From Eledone cirrhosa (lineage: Eukaryota): DNA of 64,000 nucleotides. This document shows positions 28,340 to 42,368 of the stretch, piece by piece (position 1 is the stretch's first letter; every line of letters begins with the position of its first letter). The DNA lies in assembly GCA_964016885.1 (NCBI GenBank), contig OZ024742.1:171740001-171804000 (forward strand), given 5' to 3'. The translations under genes were made by a program, and so were the position numbers. The notes beneath the pieces are model-generated. The model saw nothing but the letters and a program-made list of their open reading frames with translations, searched no databases and was not told the origin of the DNA.

Positions 28340-29240
28340 CCCAGTGATAACCTTACCGTGGGAAATGGATGGAACCGCGACAGTAATTGCATCTGCTGCG
28401 ACAAGGGACGCTGCCCCCTTAGAGGATACTGCTTGACTGATAGGGTTATATGTAGATGCACTGTAACTAGCCACAATAGCGTTAAACATTATATAGGGGC
28501 TACCTCCGGCCCGTTCAAAATTAGGTTTCGAACACATCTCCACTCTTTCACAAATAAGAAATTAAGACACTCCACTTCGCTCGCGGACTACATGACATCA
28601 TTAAAGGACTTAAACATCAGCTTCTCCACACACTGGGATATTGTCGGCAGGGCTGCACCGTACAATTTCATGAGGAAGTGCGATATTTGCCTCATGGAGC
28701 TCTATCACATCATAACTGCACCCCACGAGCTCATCAACATCAGAGTTGACACAGCGATAAGTTGTACACATCGCTTAAAAATATCCTTCTTCAGATGGGT
28801 TAGGTGAAACCGTGTACCGGATCTCCCTGCAACAAGTTTTAACACCCCGGCGCGCAGGCGCTGCAAAAGAACACCCAGGAAACTAACCATGCATACCAGA
28901 CCCAGCCTCAAACTACCCAGGCAAACAGGTGCGGTTAACAAAAGTCTCAAAATAAGCGTTAATTACATGACCCAGTGCGTATTGACAATGGTAAGGTTGT
29001 AACCCCATCTTGTAACGGATAAAAATTTGTCCGGGAAAGACTGCCCTAACACCAGCCAGAGTGTCCTCCCTTGACCTGCTGCAAAATCAAAATGCGCTAT
29101 TTTTGCGAGCAATGAATCTTCACGTGAACCTAACCCCCAAAACTCTTTCCGAACAATGTAAGGAATACTTTTGGTTATTTATGCCCTTGAGAAGCCCAAC
29201 TGGGCGAAACGTATATAGGTGCTGTTTTAAACAAACATGT
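28340..29240 (+). mobile_element. PLE 3' fragment, second lineage (GIY-YIG ORF 28358-28807 plus 3'UTR)
   Basis: CICCDKGRCPLRGYCL..HYIGATSGPFKIRFRTHLHSF..STSLA..WDI..CDICLME..INIR..CTHR. HHR-like remnant GCCCAACTGGGC-GAAA-CG at ~29183-29220. Confidence 0.88.
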
Positions 29241-29327
29241 TTCTGGACTAAATTAGACACAATTCTAATTTAGTCCAGAAGTAGCCGTGGAAACAGCTTG
29301 AGCTCTGACGTCGGGGTCATACTGTTT

Positions 29328-29416
<89 letters not shown>

Positions 29417-29433
29417 ATATTCACATATACATA

Positions 29434-29469
<36 letters not shown>

Positions 29470-29480
29470 ATATAACTATA

Positions 29481-29648
29481 ACAAACCGGGCATTATAATA
29501 AATGTTCGGTAAACCCAAACGTACATATATATGTGTGCATATATGTTATGTATATACATACTACTGTACGTATGTATACATATATGTATGTACGTATACA
29601 TATTTATATTTGAGTATCAGCCGTACTAAGAGTGAGAAATGAAATTTC

Positions 29649-29652
<4 letters not shown>
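29481..29652 (+). mobile_element. Fragment of the retrozyme-like family spanning the monomer junction
   Basis: GCATTATAATAAATGTTCGGTAAAC..CTACTGTACG..runs directly into AGTATCAGCCGTACTAAGAGTGAGAAATGAAATTTC. Confidence 0.85.
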
Positions 29653-29729
<77 letters not shown>

Positions 29730-29780
29730 AATATACTCATTATACTCACCTATACATTCACCCGACACATACACATATAA

Positions 29781-29860
<80 letters not shown>

Positions 29861-30072
29861 GTACTCACTACACCAACCTACACATATATATACACACACT
29901 ACACACATTTATGGATATAATGATGAAACAGCACAACACATTTCCATGAAGGTAAAACTCGTATTAATGCACTTAAGTTGTTTGTTTGTTTCATTGTCCA
30001 TTTGTTTATATATTTATATATTCATGTATTCACAGCTAGTGGCGTTAACAAATATAGCACGAGCATTATCGA

Positions 30073-30126
<54 letters not shown>

Positions 30127-30144
30127 CAACACAAATAGTGGTAA

Positions 30145-30503
30145 CTATTTCTTCTTTTGGCACAAGGCCAGCAACTATCCCAGTGCATTACTGGTAATTT
30201 ATTTTATCGACCCGTAAGGATGAAATGCAAAGTTAACCTCGGTGGGATTGGAACTGCGACCGTAAAGGGCCGTAACTATATGTTACAAAGCAAGGCGTCC
30301 GATCTTCTACCGATATTCAACAACAATTGTTGTTTCTACGTTTGGCACAAGGCCAGTAATTAACCAGTGCATTACTGGTACATGATTTTATCGACCCTGT
30401 AAGGATGAAAGGCAAAGTTAACTTCGGCAGGATTTGAACTCAGTCCGTAAAGAGCCTTAACTCTATGCTACAAAGCATGGCCTTCTATCTTCTACCGTTA
30501 CTG
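30145..30503 (-). mobile_element. Two adjacent SINE family 1 copies
   Basis: GGCACAAGGCCAG..AAGGATGAAA..GGATTTGAACTC-type sequence occurs twice. Confidence 0.9.
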
Positions 30504-30803
30504 AACAACAATAATAATCTCAAAACACCACGATGACACCCCACCCCTATGAATACAATTTACTTCTCTAATTTCTCTACTATCACCAATACAAATAAAA
30601 GCGTACTAACAACAAAATCTACTACAACAGCCAACCATATCCCCATTAAAATGATATCTGCAGTAACAACAATAAGAAGAAAGTCAATAGTATGAGCTAG
30701 AACAACAACTACAAGAATGTCTGTTTCAGAGACAACAACAACAATTAGTATTACTATTGCTACTACTTAAGCTGCACCAACAACACCAACGAGAGAAACT
30801 ACA

Positions 30804-30804
<1 letters not shown>

Positions 30805-30841
<37 letters not shown>

Positions 30842-30854
30842 CTAACAACAGCTA

Positions 30855-30921
<67 letters not shown>

Positions 30922-30922
30922 A
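30805..30922. repeat. (CAA)n/(CTA)n trinucleotide microsatellites (another (CTA)n at 30072-30126)
   Basis: Directly visible. Confidence 0.98.
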
Positions 30923-31290
30923 TAAGCTGCAACGAAAACAATAACAGCACTAAAACTATTAGTTATTGTTTCTTTCCAATATGAACTAACTAAAGCCATT
31001 AAAATGTTCTCTAATATTGTTGACTCAACATCGTATCAAATGAGATTTGATTTCTTTAGATAAGTAGATTAACCTGAGAAGACAAAAATATGCATTTATT
31101 ATTAGTAGAGCGATAAAAAAACTGTAATAATGTAAAATATTTCAAATACATATGTTTATATCAAATGATTCTGTTGAAAGTATTGTCAAACTGTTACATA
31201 CTAGAAGGTGGACTACATGGTGGAACTAAGACTTTAGACTGCATATTAAGTTTCGTGTCTAAACACACATATACATACATGCTCCTCTCA

Positions 31291-31342
<52 letters not shown>

Positions 31343-31348
31343 TATATA

Positions 31349-32150
31349 TACGTACATACATATATGTATACAGACGTACAGTAGTATGTGTGCATGTATG
31401 TATATACATGCACACATATATATATATGTACGTATGGGTTTACTGAACATGTATTATAATGCTCGGTTTGTCTGTAAACAAACAGCCCGAATTATTAGCC
31501 GTACAGTGTTCGGCCACCATCGTTGCAATTTTGTTCAACACTGGCAAAGGAACGATGAACTAGTGTCTAGCTTATTAGCTGTCATCAGCATTGTATACCT
31601 TCCTGTCAGTTGATTAAACGCGTGAAGGTATATACTTTCCTTATGCATATTAACGGCTGAGCAGCCTAATTTGCATATCGAGTGAGTTAGTCGGCCGGGC
31701 CTACCGAAAAAGATAAATGGAAAAAATGAAATTTTATTTCTCACTCTTAGTACGGCTGATACTCGATATGCAAATTAGGCTGCTCAGCCGTTAATATGCA
31801 TAAGGAAAGTATATACTGTCAAACGTTCAATCAACTGACAGGAAGGTATACCGTGCTGATGACAGTTAATAAGCTAGAAACTAGTTCATCGTTCCTTTGT
31901 CAGTGTTGAACAAAATGGCAACGATGGTGGCCGAACACTGTACGGCTAATAATTCGGGTTGTTTGTTTAAAAACAAACCTAGCATTATAATAAATGTTCG
32001 GTAAACCTATACGTACATATATATGTGTGTGCATGTATGTATGAATATACATACTACTGTACGTCGGTATACATATATGTATGTACGTATACATACTTAT
32101 ATTTAAGTATCAGCCGTACTAAGAGTGAGAAAAGAAATTTCATTTTTTCC

Positions 32151-32154
<4 letters not shown>
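31349..32154. mobile_element. Retrozyme-like family: two near-monomer copies head-to-head in different permutations
   Basis: Minus arm 31349-31763 (HHR 31552-31594, GAAA mutated to GACA); plus arm 31761-32154 (HHR 31850-31892); ACT microhomology at the junction; (TA)n on both sides. Confidence 0.85.
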
Positions 32155-32225
<71 letters not shown>

Positions 32226-32274
32226 CATACATATATATATATATATACATACATATATACATACATATATATAT

Positions 32275-32462
32275 CCCAGTAGAAGGAAGACGCAGTAGAG
32301 GTAGACCTCGAAAAAGCATGGGCGGAGGTGCTGAGAGCAGACCTCAGATCGATCACTGAAACTCACCGAGGAGATGACGAATGACCGTGACAAGTGGAGA
32401 GATGCTGTGCTGAATAGGACCCTTCCCACCCTTGCAAACAGGGAAAAGCGGACGTAAAATGT
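32275..32462 (+). mobile_element. RTE-clade LINE 3' end
   Basis: [35 protein letters not shown] followed by tail GCGGACGTAAAATG. Confidence 0.85.
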
Positions 32463-32579
32463 TGCTAAATTATGTAGTCAAGGAAAAGGAATCCTGAGCT
32501 CTTTAAAATACAATATGTAGAAAGGGTAATACACTAGAGAGAGAGAGAGAGAGAGAGGGGGGGAGAGAGAGAGAGAGGG

Positions 32580-32633
<54 letters not shown>

Positions 32634-34379
32634 TGTGCCATCAATAAAACAGGGAAATCACTAGTGTATGGAATCTATAAGCTATGGAAGGCAGGTTAGA
32701 CACACAATAATTAAAAATATAAATTAAAATGGGCATACGCACCTCTATAAACACATAAACTAATATTTAATGGTTGCATCTCAGTTTCGAGAATTGCCAT
32801 CCCTCAACATTTGTTTCTTAAACAAGGGTGGCACGAATATGATTTTTTATCACTTCCATAGACTTAGATTCCTTTTTGCATATAATACAACAAACGAAAC
32901 CTGAAAAGGCCATGCTAACACTCGTGAAAATCGTACAGGCTTAGTGATGCCTGTGATTGTAAGCTGGACCAACCCCACTTTCTGAACATACACACATATA
33001 TGCAGTCTGTAAGGTGGTAGTTTTGTCATCATTATAAAATCCACCCATTTCACTCTATAAATTGATAATTATTTTGACACTATAACATGCATTCACTACA
33101 ACAGTGTAATCTACAAAGTAATGTGTTAAAGATATCCAACCGGAGAAAACATGTTAACATATGAACCTAATATTCATGACTTGGTCTTCCTACTCTTCCT
33201 GACACGTGTAACTACCCAGGCTAGTATGGAAACGGGACGTAAAATGATGATAGTGACGAACATACTGAAGGAGGTTTTTTTATACCCGACACATTATGTA
33301 CGTTGATTCTACTATAACTTCATACTGATTAATAATGGCATGTGTGAATATTTGTAGGCGGAATCTGTTCGGATGCCTGTCTTATCTAAAACTTGTGTAT
33401 CAGTTAAATATGCGAACCAAAAATTAAAGGATATAAAGAGCAAACGTAACACAGATACGTACGCACACCTATGTAATGATACATAGGTGAGCGTACGTTT
33501 CTACGTTACGGTTGCTCTTCATGTCCATAAATTAGTGGTTTTAGCATAGTGTCAGAATTATACTTTACAATCATATGAAACTATTTCTAGTGAACCTAAT
33601 ATTTAGAGGCTTTTCATTTCCGTATAAATGTACCACACGCAGATTGTTTTATAGCTCGACTATCGATAATACGCGATTCTTGTTGACTCATCTTTAGAAC
33701 TTTTCTCAGAGTTTTGAACCCGGGATTTGAAGTGAGGATGTAGAGAGCCGGAATCGATGCTCTGCCGACTCAGCCAATTCCCTTCTATGAAATAAAGGGA
33801 TACATAAATCTGTCAACCCTTTTGATACCAAACAAATCAAAATGACCATTGATTTTCTGAAATGAAACGATACATTTACATGTTTTCCAATTTAAATTTA
33901 AATTTTCCAACTGAATTTCATGTAAATATCATCGTAATAATGAAATAATTCAAAAATTTAGTGAGTCTCCCAAAATGCTTCATTACTTATTTCAAATAAA
34001 GAGGATTTCATTAGAAATATGGCCATGAATTGGTTAAGATAGCGTTGAGTATACTTTTTTATGGCGGTAGCTTTTATGTTTCACTTTTTGCACGGTTAGT
34101 CTATGTGAACCATTTGTTGGCGGCATTCTTTCATATACGTAACATATTTTAGTGGTGCCCTTAGATAAGTATTTAGATATGACACTTGACAGATCAATCC
34201 TTTGATTCTATAATTCAATCCAGCGTGATAACCTACCAAATTGAGTACATTTAATGTTTAAATATACCTTTTAACGATCGATTAATTAATTGTTTTAATT
34301 CAAACAACATTTCTTTGAAAATCAGCGTTAGATGTATTCGATTTATGATGTTTATCATCTTCAATAACTCATACAATAT

Positions 34380-34960
34380 TGGTAGAGATACAGTTAGATA
34401 GGATGATGTTGCTGATGGATGTTGTGGTGTCAGTGGAAGCAGCGTTGTTGGTGGAGGTGGTACTGGTTGAGAGAATTGTGTTGGAAGAGTGCTGCAGTTG
34501 GAGGAGGTGGTGTTGGAGCAGCGATGCTGTTGGTGGGGATGATGGCGTTGGTGGAGGTGGTTGCTATGAAAGAGGAGGGTGATGTTGGTTGAGGTTTTCG
34601 TGTTGATGGAGGTGGTGATGTTGCTGGGATAGGCTTCTTGGTGTAGATGGTGGAGAAGGAGAAGGATGGTGGTAGTAGTGAAGGTGGTTGCTGATAGAGA
34701 AGATAGTGGTCTTGGTTGATATGGTTTTGGGGAGGTCGTAGAGATATGGTGGGGGTGGTGAAGGCCTTGGGGAAGAGAGTGTTTGTGAAGGTGATGTTGG
34801 TAAAAGTACTGGTGATGAGAGATGGAGTGATTTATTGGAGAATTTGTAGGCAATAAAGGTAGTGGCGTCAGTAGTGATGGTGGAGGTGTAGGACTTAGTA
34901 GAGGTTGTGGTGGAGATACTGTTGTTGGGTTAGGTTGGGGAAATGATGAAGGTGATGAAA
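34380..34960. repeat. Degenerate (GGT/GAT)n low-complexity tract
   Basis: G/T-rich triplet-derived sequence; source of the Pro/His/Thr-rich pseudo-ORF 34251-35018. Confidence 0.75.
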
Positions 34961-35174
34961 GGATTTGCTTTTGTGTGTTTTGTATATACAGAAAAATAAT
35001 AAATAAAAATATACACAAATATATTTACACATTTACAAGACATTAGAGGCATATATATATATATATATATATACACACTCACACACGATAAAAAAAAATA
35101 TATATATATACACATATAACTATATGCATACAAATATATATACACACACACATATATATACACACACACACACA

Positions 35175-35220
<46 letters not shown>

Positions 35221-35297
35221 CATGTATATATATATATATATACATATACATATACACATATATATATATACATATATCTACACATAAAATATATATT

Positions 35298-35333
<36 letters not shown>

Positions 35334-35679
35334 CAAATATATATATATATGTATGAATATATATATTTATATATATACATATATATACTTACAAATAAAT
35401 AAATATATATGTATACGAAGACACACACACGTGTCTGTGTGTATGTACATATTTGTGCATACACACATATGCATTCATAAATTATTTACACCAGTCTCGT
35501 GGAAGTATTTTATTAAACATTTCTCCATCACCAACACATTTTTCCATTGATCTGACCTCCTTGAAATGGTTGCGGCATTAATCTTTCCAAATTTAATGTC
35601 CACAGAAATTTCAAATGGGATTCACACAACCTACGAACTGTCACATTACCTTCAAACATATCTCAGCCCCTCTCATTTC

Positions 35680-35741
<62 letters not shown>

Positions 35742-35778
35742 TTGTATATATAGCTATACATATATGTATATATATCTA

Positions 35779-35862
<84 letters not shown>

Positions 35863-35868
35863 GATATA

Positions 35869-36097
35869 TTTTCATCGTATTTTTGACTAATGAAATTTTA
35901 GTCTGATAATGGGGTTTAGGACCCTCAGATAAATTGAAAAAGATGAGTATTGACGTACATGGGAGTCGAACCCACATCTTTGTTATCCATACCACTGTGC
36001 TACCATTACACCAACACATCACCCAATTTTCCATTTATCTGAGGGTTCTAAACCCCATTATCAGGCTAAAATTTATTTACTCAAAAATACGGTGAAA
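35869..36097. repeat. ~72-bp inverted repeats enclosing a tRNA-like unit, embedded in (TA)n
   Basis: Arms 35869-35940 and 36027-36097 (TTCATCGTATTTTTGA..CTGATAATGGGGTTTAG..CCCTCAGATAAAT). Confidence 0.9.
35951..36020 (-). ncRNA. tRNA-like Pol III unit or tRNA pseudogene
   Basis: Acceptor GATGTGT/GTACGTC, D arm GTGT-AATGGTA-GCAC, T arm GTGGG-TTCGACT-CCCAT, shortened and poorly paired anticodon arm, TTTTT ~10 nt downstream. Confidence 0.65.
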
Positions 36098-36152
36098 GCT
36101 ATTCTATTTTCTAATTTCAAACCTGCTCACTGTTTCAAAACATACTTACTTG

Positions 36153-36211
<59 letters not shown>

Positions 36212-36311
36212 TAAGTTATACCGGGTTGAATCGGAGGTAACCACAGTAAGTTCTAAAGAATGAAACAGTTCTAGTCCTGTAGAGTCTTATCTATATTATA
36301 TATATATATAA

Positions 36312-36368
<57 letters not shown>

Positions 36369-36438
36369 AGCATATATATATATATATAGACATATATATA
36401 TATACACACATATATACATATATATAGCGAGAGATATA

Positions 36439-37302
36439 TCTATATATATACAACTGAGGCTGTCTGTCTGTCTGTCTACTAAAACAGTCGGCACACATCT
36501 CCTCCTAAACCGTACGTTCAAATTTCGGTGAAATTGCTACACTTTTAGATGAAGGTCCGGCAGAGACATCGGTCAAAAACAATTTCAAATCGTGCCACGT
36601 CAATTTTAAAAATCGAACTTGTAATGTATTGATTTTTCAGTTCAAATGTATAAATAGAGATGAAAGACGAGTTATTTCCCTTTTATGGCGTCATTTGCTT
36701 ATCTTTTTATGTTACGTATAGACGACGCGTGCAAAAGTACAAACATATACAAACAACTTTCGGGCCAGCCAAAAAGTCTTTTAAAACAATATTTTTACTT
36801 GAAAACAAGCCTATTTGAATACACAGTAAAACAACCAAATATTTTGTAACAAAAGCATTCATTTCGAATAACGCCTTATGAGATTTTCATTTAGAAGCAA
36901 TGATTTTAAACGACAGACAGAAAACGCATTTTTGGGGTGGTGGTGGGGGGGGGGGGGGTTCTTCATGTCCATCCAATTTCTTTGTTTCAAAATAACTGAT
37001 AGTTTGGGTTACGTTGATGTTTTTCTCTGAGTCATGTGTTGCATTGTTTACATTTTCGATTTGTTAATAGATTACCAGTGCAATTTTTATCCACAGCATC
37101 CTCTTTTGTTTTAACATTCGGGTTATGGTTATGTTTTCTAACTTCATAAGGCATACTGTTGGTTGAGGGAATATTAATCAAAAGTAGCACATGAAAGTCT
37201 ATACTTTAGACTCTACAGTTTTTAAGCCAAGAAAGGAACTTAACATTGTAACATTAACACAGATACTGAGCAGCCCAAAGCAACGCCTGGCTTTACTGCT
37301 AG
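36439..37302 (+). mobile_element. Non-autonomous Helitron
   Basis: A|TCTATATATATACAACTGAGGCTGTCTGTC start; GCAACGCCTGGC..TGCTAG|T end; termini resemble those of 11583-12175 and 23360-26601. Confidence 0.88.
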
Positions 37303-37609
37303 TATATATATATACATACATATGGGTGTGTGTATTTGTGTGTTAAATAAATGCCTATGTTACAATAGTCCGTCACGTGCCGTGTATTCCAGGGTTAAGA
37401 AGGCTGTTGTATGCAGAGTATAAAGAAAAGTAAGCAGGATCGAAGTTAACGTTGCACCACATATATAAAGTTTACTGGCATATTACAATAGCATCAATAT
37501 CGATCAACTCATGGTAGAATCATTGTGACTTTTATTCGACTCTACCTCGAGATCTCATCAAATATGCGAGTTTATATGTGCCAACAATTTGAATGTGCTC
37601 TTAAATAAC

Positions 37610-38157
37610 AGTTTCTTATATAGGCACAAGGCCAGCACTTTTGGGGGAGGGGACAATCGATTAAATTGACCCCAGTGCGTGACTGGTTCTTTATTTTATC
37701 GAACTCGTAAGGATGAAAGGCAAAGTTAACACCGGCGAGATTTGAACTTAGATCATAAATGGCCGTAACTCTATGCTACAAAGCATGGCGTCCGACCCTC
37801 TACCGATACTGCCAATCCACCGCCCTTGTGTTCTTAAATAATTGTTTCTACTTTAGGCACAAGGCCAGCAATTACCCAGTGCATTCCTGGTACTTTATTT
37901 TATCGACCCCGTAAGGATAAAAGGCAAAGTCAACCTCGGCAGGATTTGAACTCAGATCGTAAAGGGACGTAACTATGCTGGAAAGCATGGCGTCCGACCC
38001 TCTACCGATACTGCCAATTCACCGCCTTATATAATTGTTTCTACTTTTGGCACAAGCCCAGAAATTAACCAGTGTATTACTGGTAATTTATTTTATCGAT
38101 CCCGTAAGGATGAAAGGCAAAGTTAACCTCGTGTTCTAACCTTGTGTTCTTAAATAA
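37610..38157 (-). mobile_element. Cluster of three SINE family 1 copies (long, short, partial)
   Basis: TGTG(C/T)TCTTAAATAA target repeated at ~37594, ~37827 and ~38143. Confidence 0.92.
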
Positions 38158-38469
38158 TGATACATTGAGTGAGAGAAATAGAGGCCTATATATATATAAT
38201 ATACACAGTGAAATCTCACCATGTGATTTCTATTCCCTCGATCATGTCACAGCTATCTCAGCAACTGTGTGAGATCGCCAAACTTTATTTTATTCCAGTA
38301 TCATTAATTCATCAACAGTGACATTTACTTTCCCGATCGGCATAGCAGCCAAAACAACTAAATATTCTTACATATAGATTTTGCAAAAACAGTACGCCTA
38401 TATATATAGATCTACTGGGTATCCCCCAAAAATGTATACACATCTCTCTCTCTCTCTCTATCTCTATCT

Positions 38470-38606
<137 letters not shown>

Positions 38607-38608
38607 TC

Positions 38609-38641
<33 letters not shown>

Positions 38642-39211
38642 TTGTGTGTGTGCGTGTGTGTTTGTGCAGGTGTTTGTGTGCATGTGTGCCTATGCCTCTG
38701 CGAGTATGTGTATTAACAATGATACACGCACACTTTCTATACAATACATGTATCAGGAGAGATTTCATCGATATCTGATCCGCCATCACAGAACAGTTGG
38801 TTTCGCTCGACTGAACACATTTATGGTCCAGTTTCAAGATTTCATGTGCTGACGACCGAATTGCAAAACAGATCATAAAGTCTTCACATTTTTTCAGGCG
38901 GCTTTTATATTATTTTTATAACTGTTATTGATATTCAGAACTTGAATTTTTATTTTTTCTTTATTTTTTTTATTTTAATCTTACCCGCATAATATTAATA
39001 ATAACAACAACAACAACTATTATTATTATTACTGGTTATTTCTAAAAATGTTTTTTGCCTCTGCTTCCATTTTATCTGCACTTATTTTTACTCTTGATCG
39101 TGATCTTCTTCACCTCCCCCTCCTCCTCTCGCCAGAGTCTGAGTTATCATAAGTTCTTTGTTGTTTAACACCAATCTTACAGCATGTTGCGCGCGGAAAC
39201 ACCTATACACT

Positions 39212-39293
<82 letters not shown>

Positions 39294-39328
39294 CACAAAA
39301 TTGCAAACTCGACTGTCACCACATATGA

Positions 39329-39367
39329 TGAACCTGAAGATTGCGAAAGCATGAAAGTACTTGTTCA
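39329..39367 (+). ncRNA. Minimal type I hammerhead motif
   Basis: TGAAC-CTGAAGA-TTGC GAAA GCAT-GAAA-GTAC-TT-GTTCA; stem I TGAAC/GTTCA, palindromic AGTACT. Confidence 0.8.
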
Positions 39368-39568
39368 ATTAACACTTAGAATTTAATATTCTATCATACT
39401 ATTTCATTATAATACCATATTATATTATATATATTTTAAAGGATTGTAAATAAAACGAGTAAATCAGACAAAGTTGGAATTCCTCTTATTAATATAATCT
39501 TCTATACACAATCATACACACCCGTGTATATTTACCTATCTATATCTATATATATATATATATATATA

Positions 39569-39920
39569 ACCGAATGTTAATAAGGTTCATTGATTACTCA
39601 ATGAATATAGTTTTACAATAGATTAAAAGCACTCGACACAGACGTTTTCTGGAGTTATTAATATTATTCAAAATATTAATAAATGGAGACATTTACATAA
39701 TCAAAATATATGTTTTATTACATATATTTCGGATGTACTGTGTTGTTTTTACAGTACGTCCTCATCAGATAAAATATATGAATTGATGTATGACATACCT
39801 CAACTGTGTTGATGATGGTTCAATTTCAGTCTTGGCAGTCATTATCTCCGAAATATATATAATAAAACATATATTTTGATTATGTAAATGTCTCCATTTA
39901 TTAATATTTTTTGAATAATA
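39569..39920 (-). mobile_element. TA-embedded hammerhead element with inverted arm; related 3' stubs at 17967-18061 and ~48830-48928
   Basis: HHR 39713-39774 (minus): TTTTAT-CTGATGA-GGACGTACTGT..ACAGTACATCC-GAAA-TATATG-TA-ATAAAA; arms 39662-39733 and 39847-39920. Confidence 0.85.
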
Positions 39921-39940
39921 TATATATATATATATATATA

Positions 39941-40150
39941 AAATAGTGGAACACTGGTGGGTTATATCAATAGTAGGAGAGCACTCAGTGCATGGGACGA
40001 GTTTGGTGGATGTAGTTCGAGAACAGTTAGTTCACCATGCCGAGAACAATTATTTCACCTTATTCGGAACCTCATCCCGGTCTAAGAGCTGAGGATCCGA
40101 ATAAGGTGAAACAATTGTTCTCGGTATGGTGAACTAACTGTTGTTGAAAT
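39941..40150 (+). mobile_element. TA-embedded hammerhead element with head-to-head inversion
   Basis: GAG-CTGAGGA-TCCGAATAAGGT-GAAA-CAATTG-TT-CTC (40086-40122); arms 40022-40074 and 40090-40142. Confidence 0.78.
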
Positions 40151-40208
40151 AATACATATATATATATATGAAATATTATATATATGTATATATATATATA
40201 TATATTTA

Positions 40209-40392
<184 letters not shown>

Positions 40393-41879
40393 CACGTAGC
40401 GCGCAATATATATGCTCATTTGGGATAGAGACAAACATTTAGGTTTATATGTCAACGGTAAGAATGTCGCTGATCATTTTAAACTGCAAACGAAATAGGA
40501 AAACAGTATTTAACAATTGAGACAGAGATCTGTTTACACTGGGATAGCTGGACAAAAGAAAGTCGTCAGGGAAGAAGCCTCTATAAGGCTACTGCTTCAG
40601 CCCATGAATTATTTCACGCTAGCGGGGTAGGCCCGAATCCAGGTACTCATCTTCGAGTGCCTTTTTGCTGACACCTTTGACTCATTTGGACATCAGAGGC
40701 TTGTTGTGCATGTACACCTTATTAAATATTTTCATCATTGACAAGATCCAGCTGAAAATCCTCTACGTTACCTTTGCTTTAAAAATTATATTTAAACGCA
40801 TTCTTGGATTTCCTTTACAGGTATAGAAGAAGTTGGACGACAACTTTTTCTTTTATCATTTGACCTGGGTTTGTTATAAGCAGTGAAAGAAATTTGCAGG
40901 TCACTCTATGTCGGTTTACTTCGCTTCCTAATTATTTCCATGTTATAGGGGTTTCTCATTTATAATTGAAGAGACCCATCCAGTAGAGACACATCTTGGG
41001 ATATAACACTTTCTTCAAGAACACAACGGATTGTCTGGTTCAGGACTTGAACGAATGACCTTATTATTGTAAAGTCTAACACATATTTTGGCTACGGCTA
41101 TTACATGTACATTTTAAAGCGTTCATTCTTTTATGTGACTATCCTTTAAAGAATGTCGATTCCTAATAATGTCTATTTTATTGGACATTGTCTGTTGTGG
41201 CTGTCATTTCATTTATTAATCATTGCTTTAAATTCGTCGGTATCTTTTTCTTCTTTGGGAATCAGATACATTTATCTTGAAATAGTTTATCAGTATATTG
41301 AATAATTCAGCAGTCATTCTCTCTTTATCTACTGCTTATTCCCATCGTGCTTTTTTAAAGCTATATCATGTTTTCTAGTGTTGGTGTGGATTGTATCGCT
41401 GATTCATTGGTTACTACCGTGGCTGTCCATTATCCACGCGTTGATTACGCCACCTATATCCTGTTTTGGTAAAACTTGCCTTCCATCATCTGTTAATTTC
41501 TATCTGCATTCGCTAAATAGGTTTTTGTTATTCGAGTTAGCTCTTCGATTATTAGATTATCATTCTGTCAGTAAATGTAATTTCCATATATTCGATTGTT
41601 GTTCTATTTTCGAAGAATCACTCTATATATTTCTTAGATTATTTTATAAATGAAGTCACCAAGGATGAATTTGACATATTCGTCACTTATGTATGTTATT
41701 AGAAACCAAAATCTCTGCCTAGAAAATGATTTAAAGTAGTAAGGAATGGTATAAAAAATTACGAATGTCTCCAGATGATGCAAATGAAAACAGTAAGAAA
41801 ATGGGAAACAGAATAAAAAGAATTCTAGTGAAATATACACACAGACACGGATACAGTCACATACACACATACACACACA

Positions 41880-41936
<57 letters not shown>

Positions 41937-41964
41937 ACACACACACACACACACACGCGCGCAC

Positions 41965-42061
<97 letters not shown>

Positions 42062-42234
42062 ATAATAATCCATATGCGGAATGAAACATACTTCCATTAT
42101 AATGCGGTTATACATTTTTAATACATTGGTAATTTAATGATATATAAATCAACTATTTTGTAATATAGACGAGTTTATATAAACAGAATAAAAAAGAAAC
42201 ATAAGATGGAAGACAAATATTCTTATAAGAAAGT

Positions 42235-42368
42235 AATTGTTTTGTACTTTTGGCACAAGGCCAGCAATTATCCCAGTATACCGCTGGTACTTTATTTTAT
42301 CGACCCTATAAGGATGAAAGGCAAAGTTAACCTCGGCGGGATTTGAACTCAGACCATAAAGGGCCGTT
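42235..42368 (-). mobile_element. SINE family 1, 5'-truncated
   Basis: Core and B-box present; A-box absent. Confidence 0.9.

Noticed and set aside
34251-35018. 255-aa Pro/His/Thr-rich ORF
   Set aside because: Starts in microsatellite-adjacent sequence and runs through a low-complexity (CCA/CAT)n tract.
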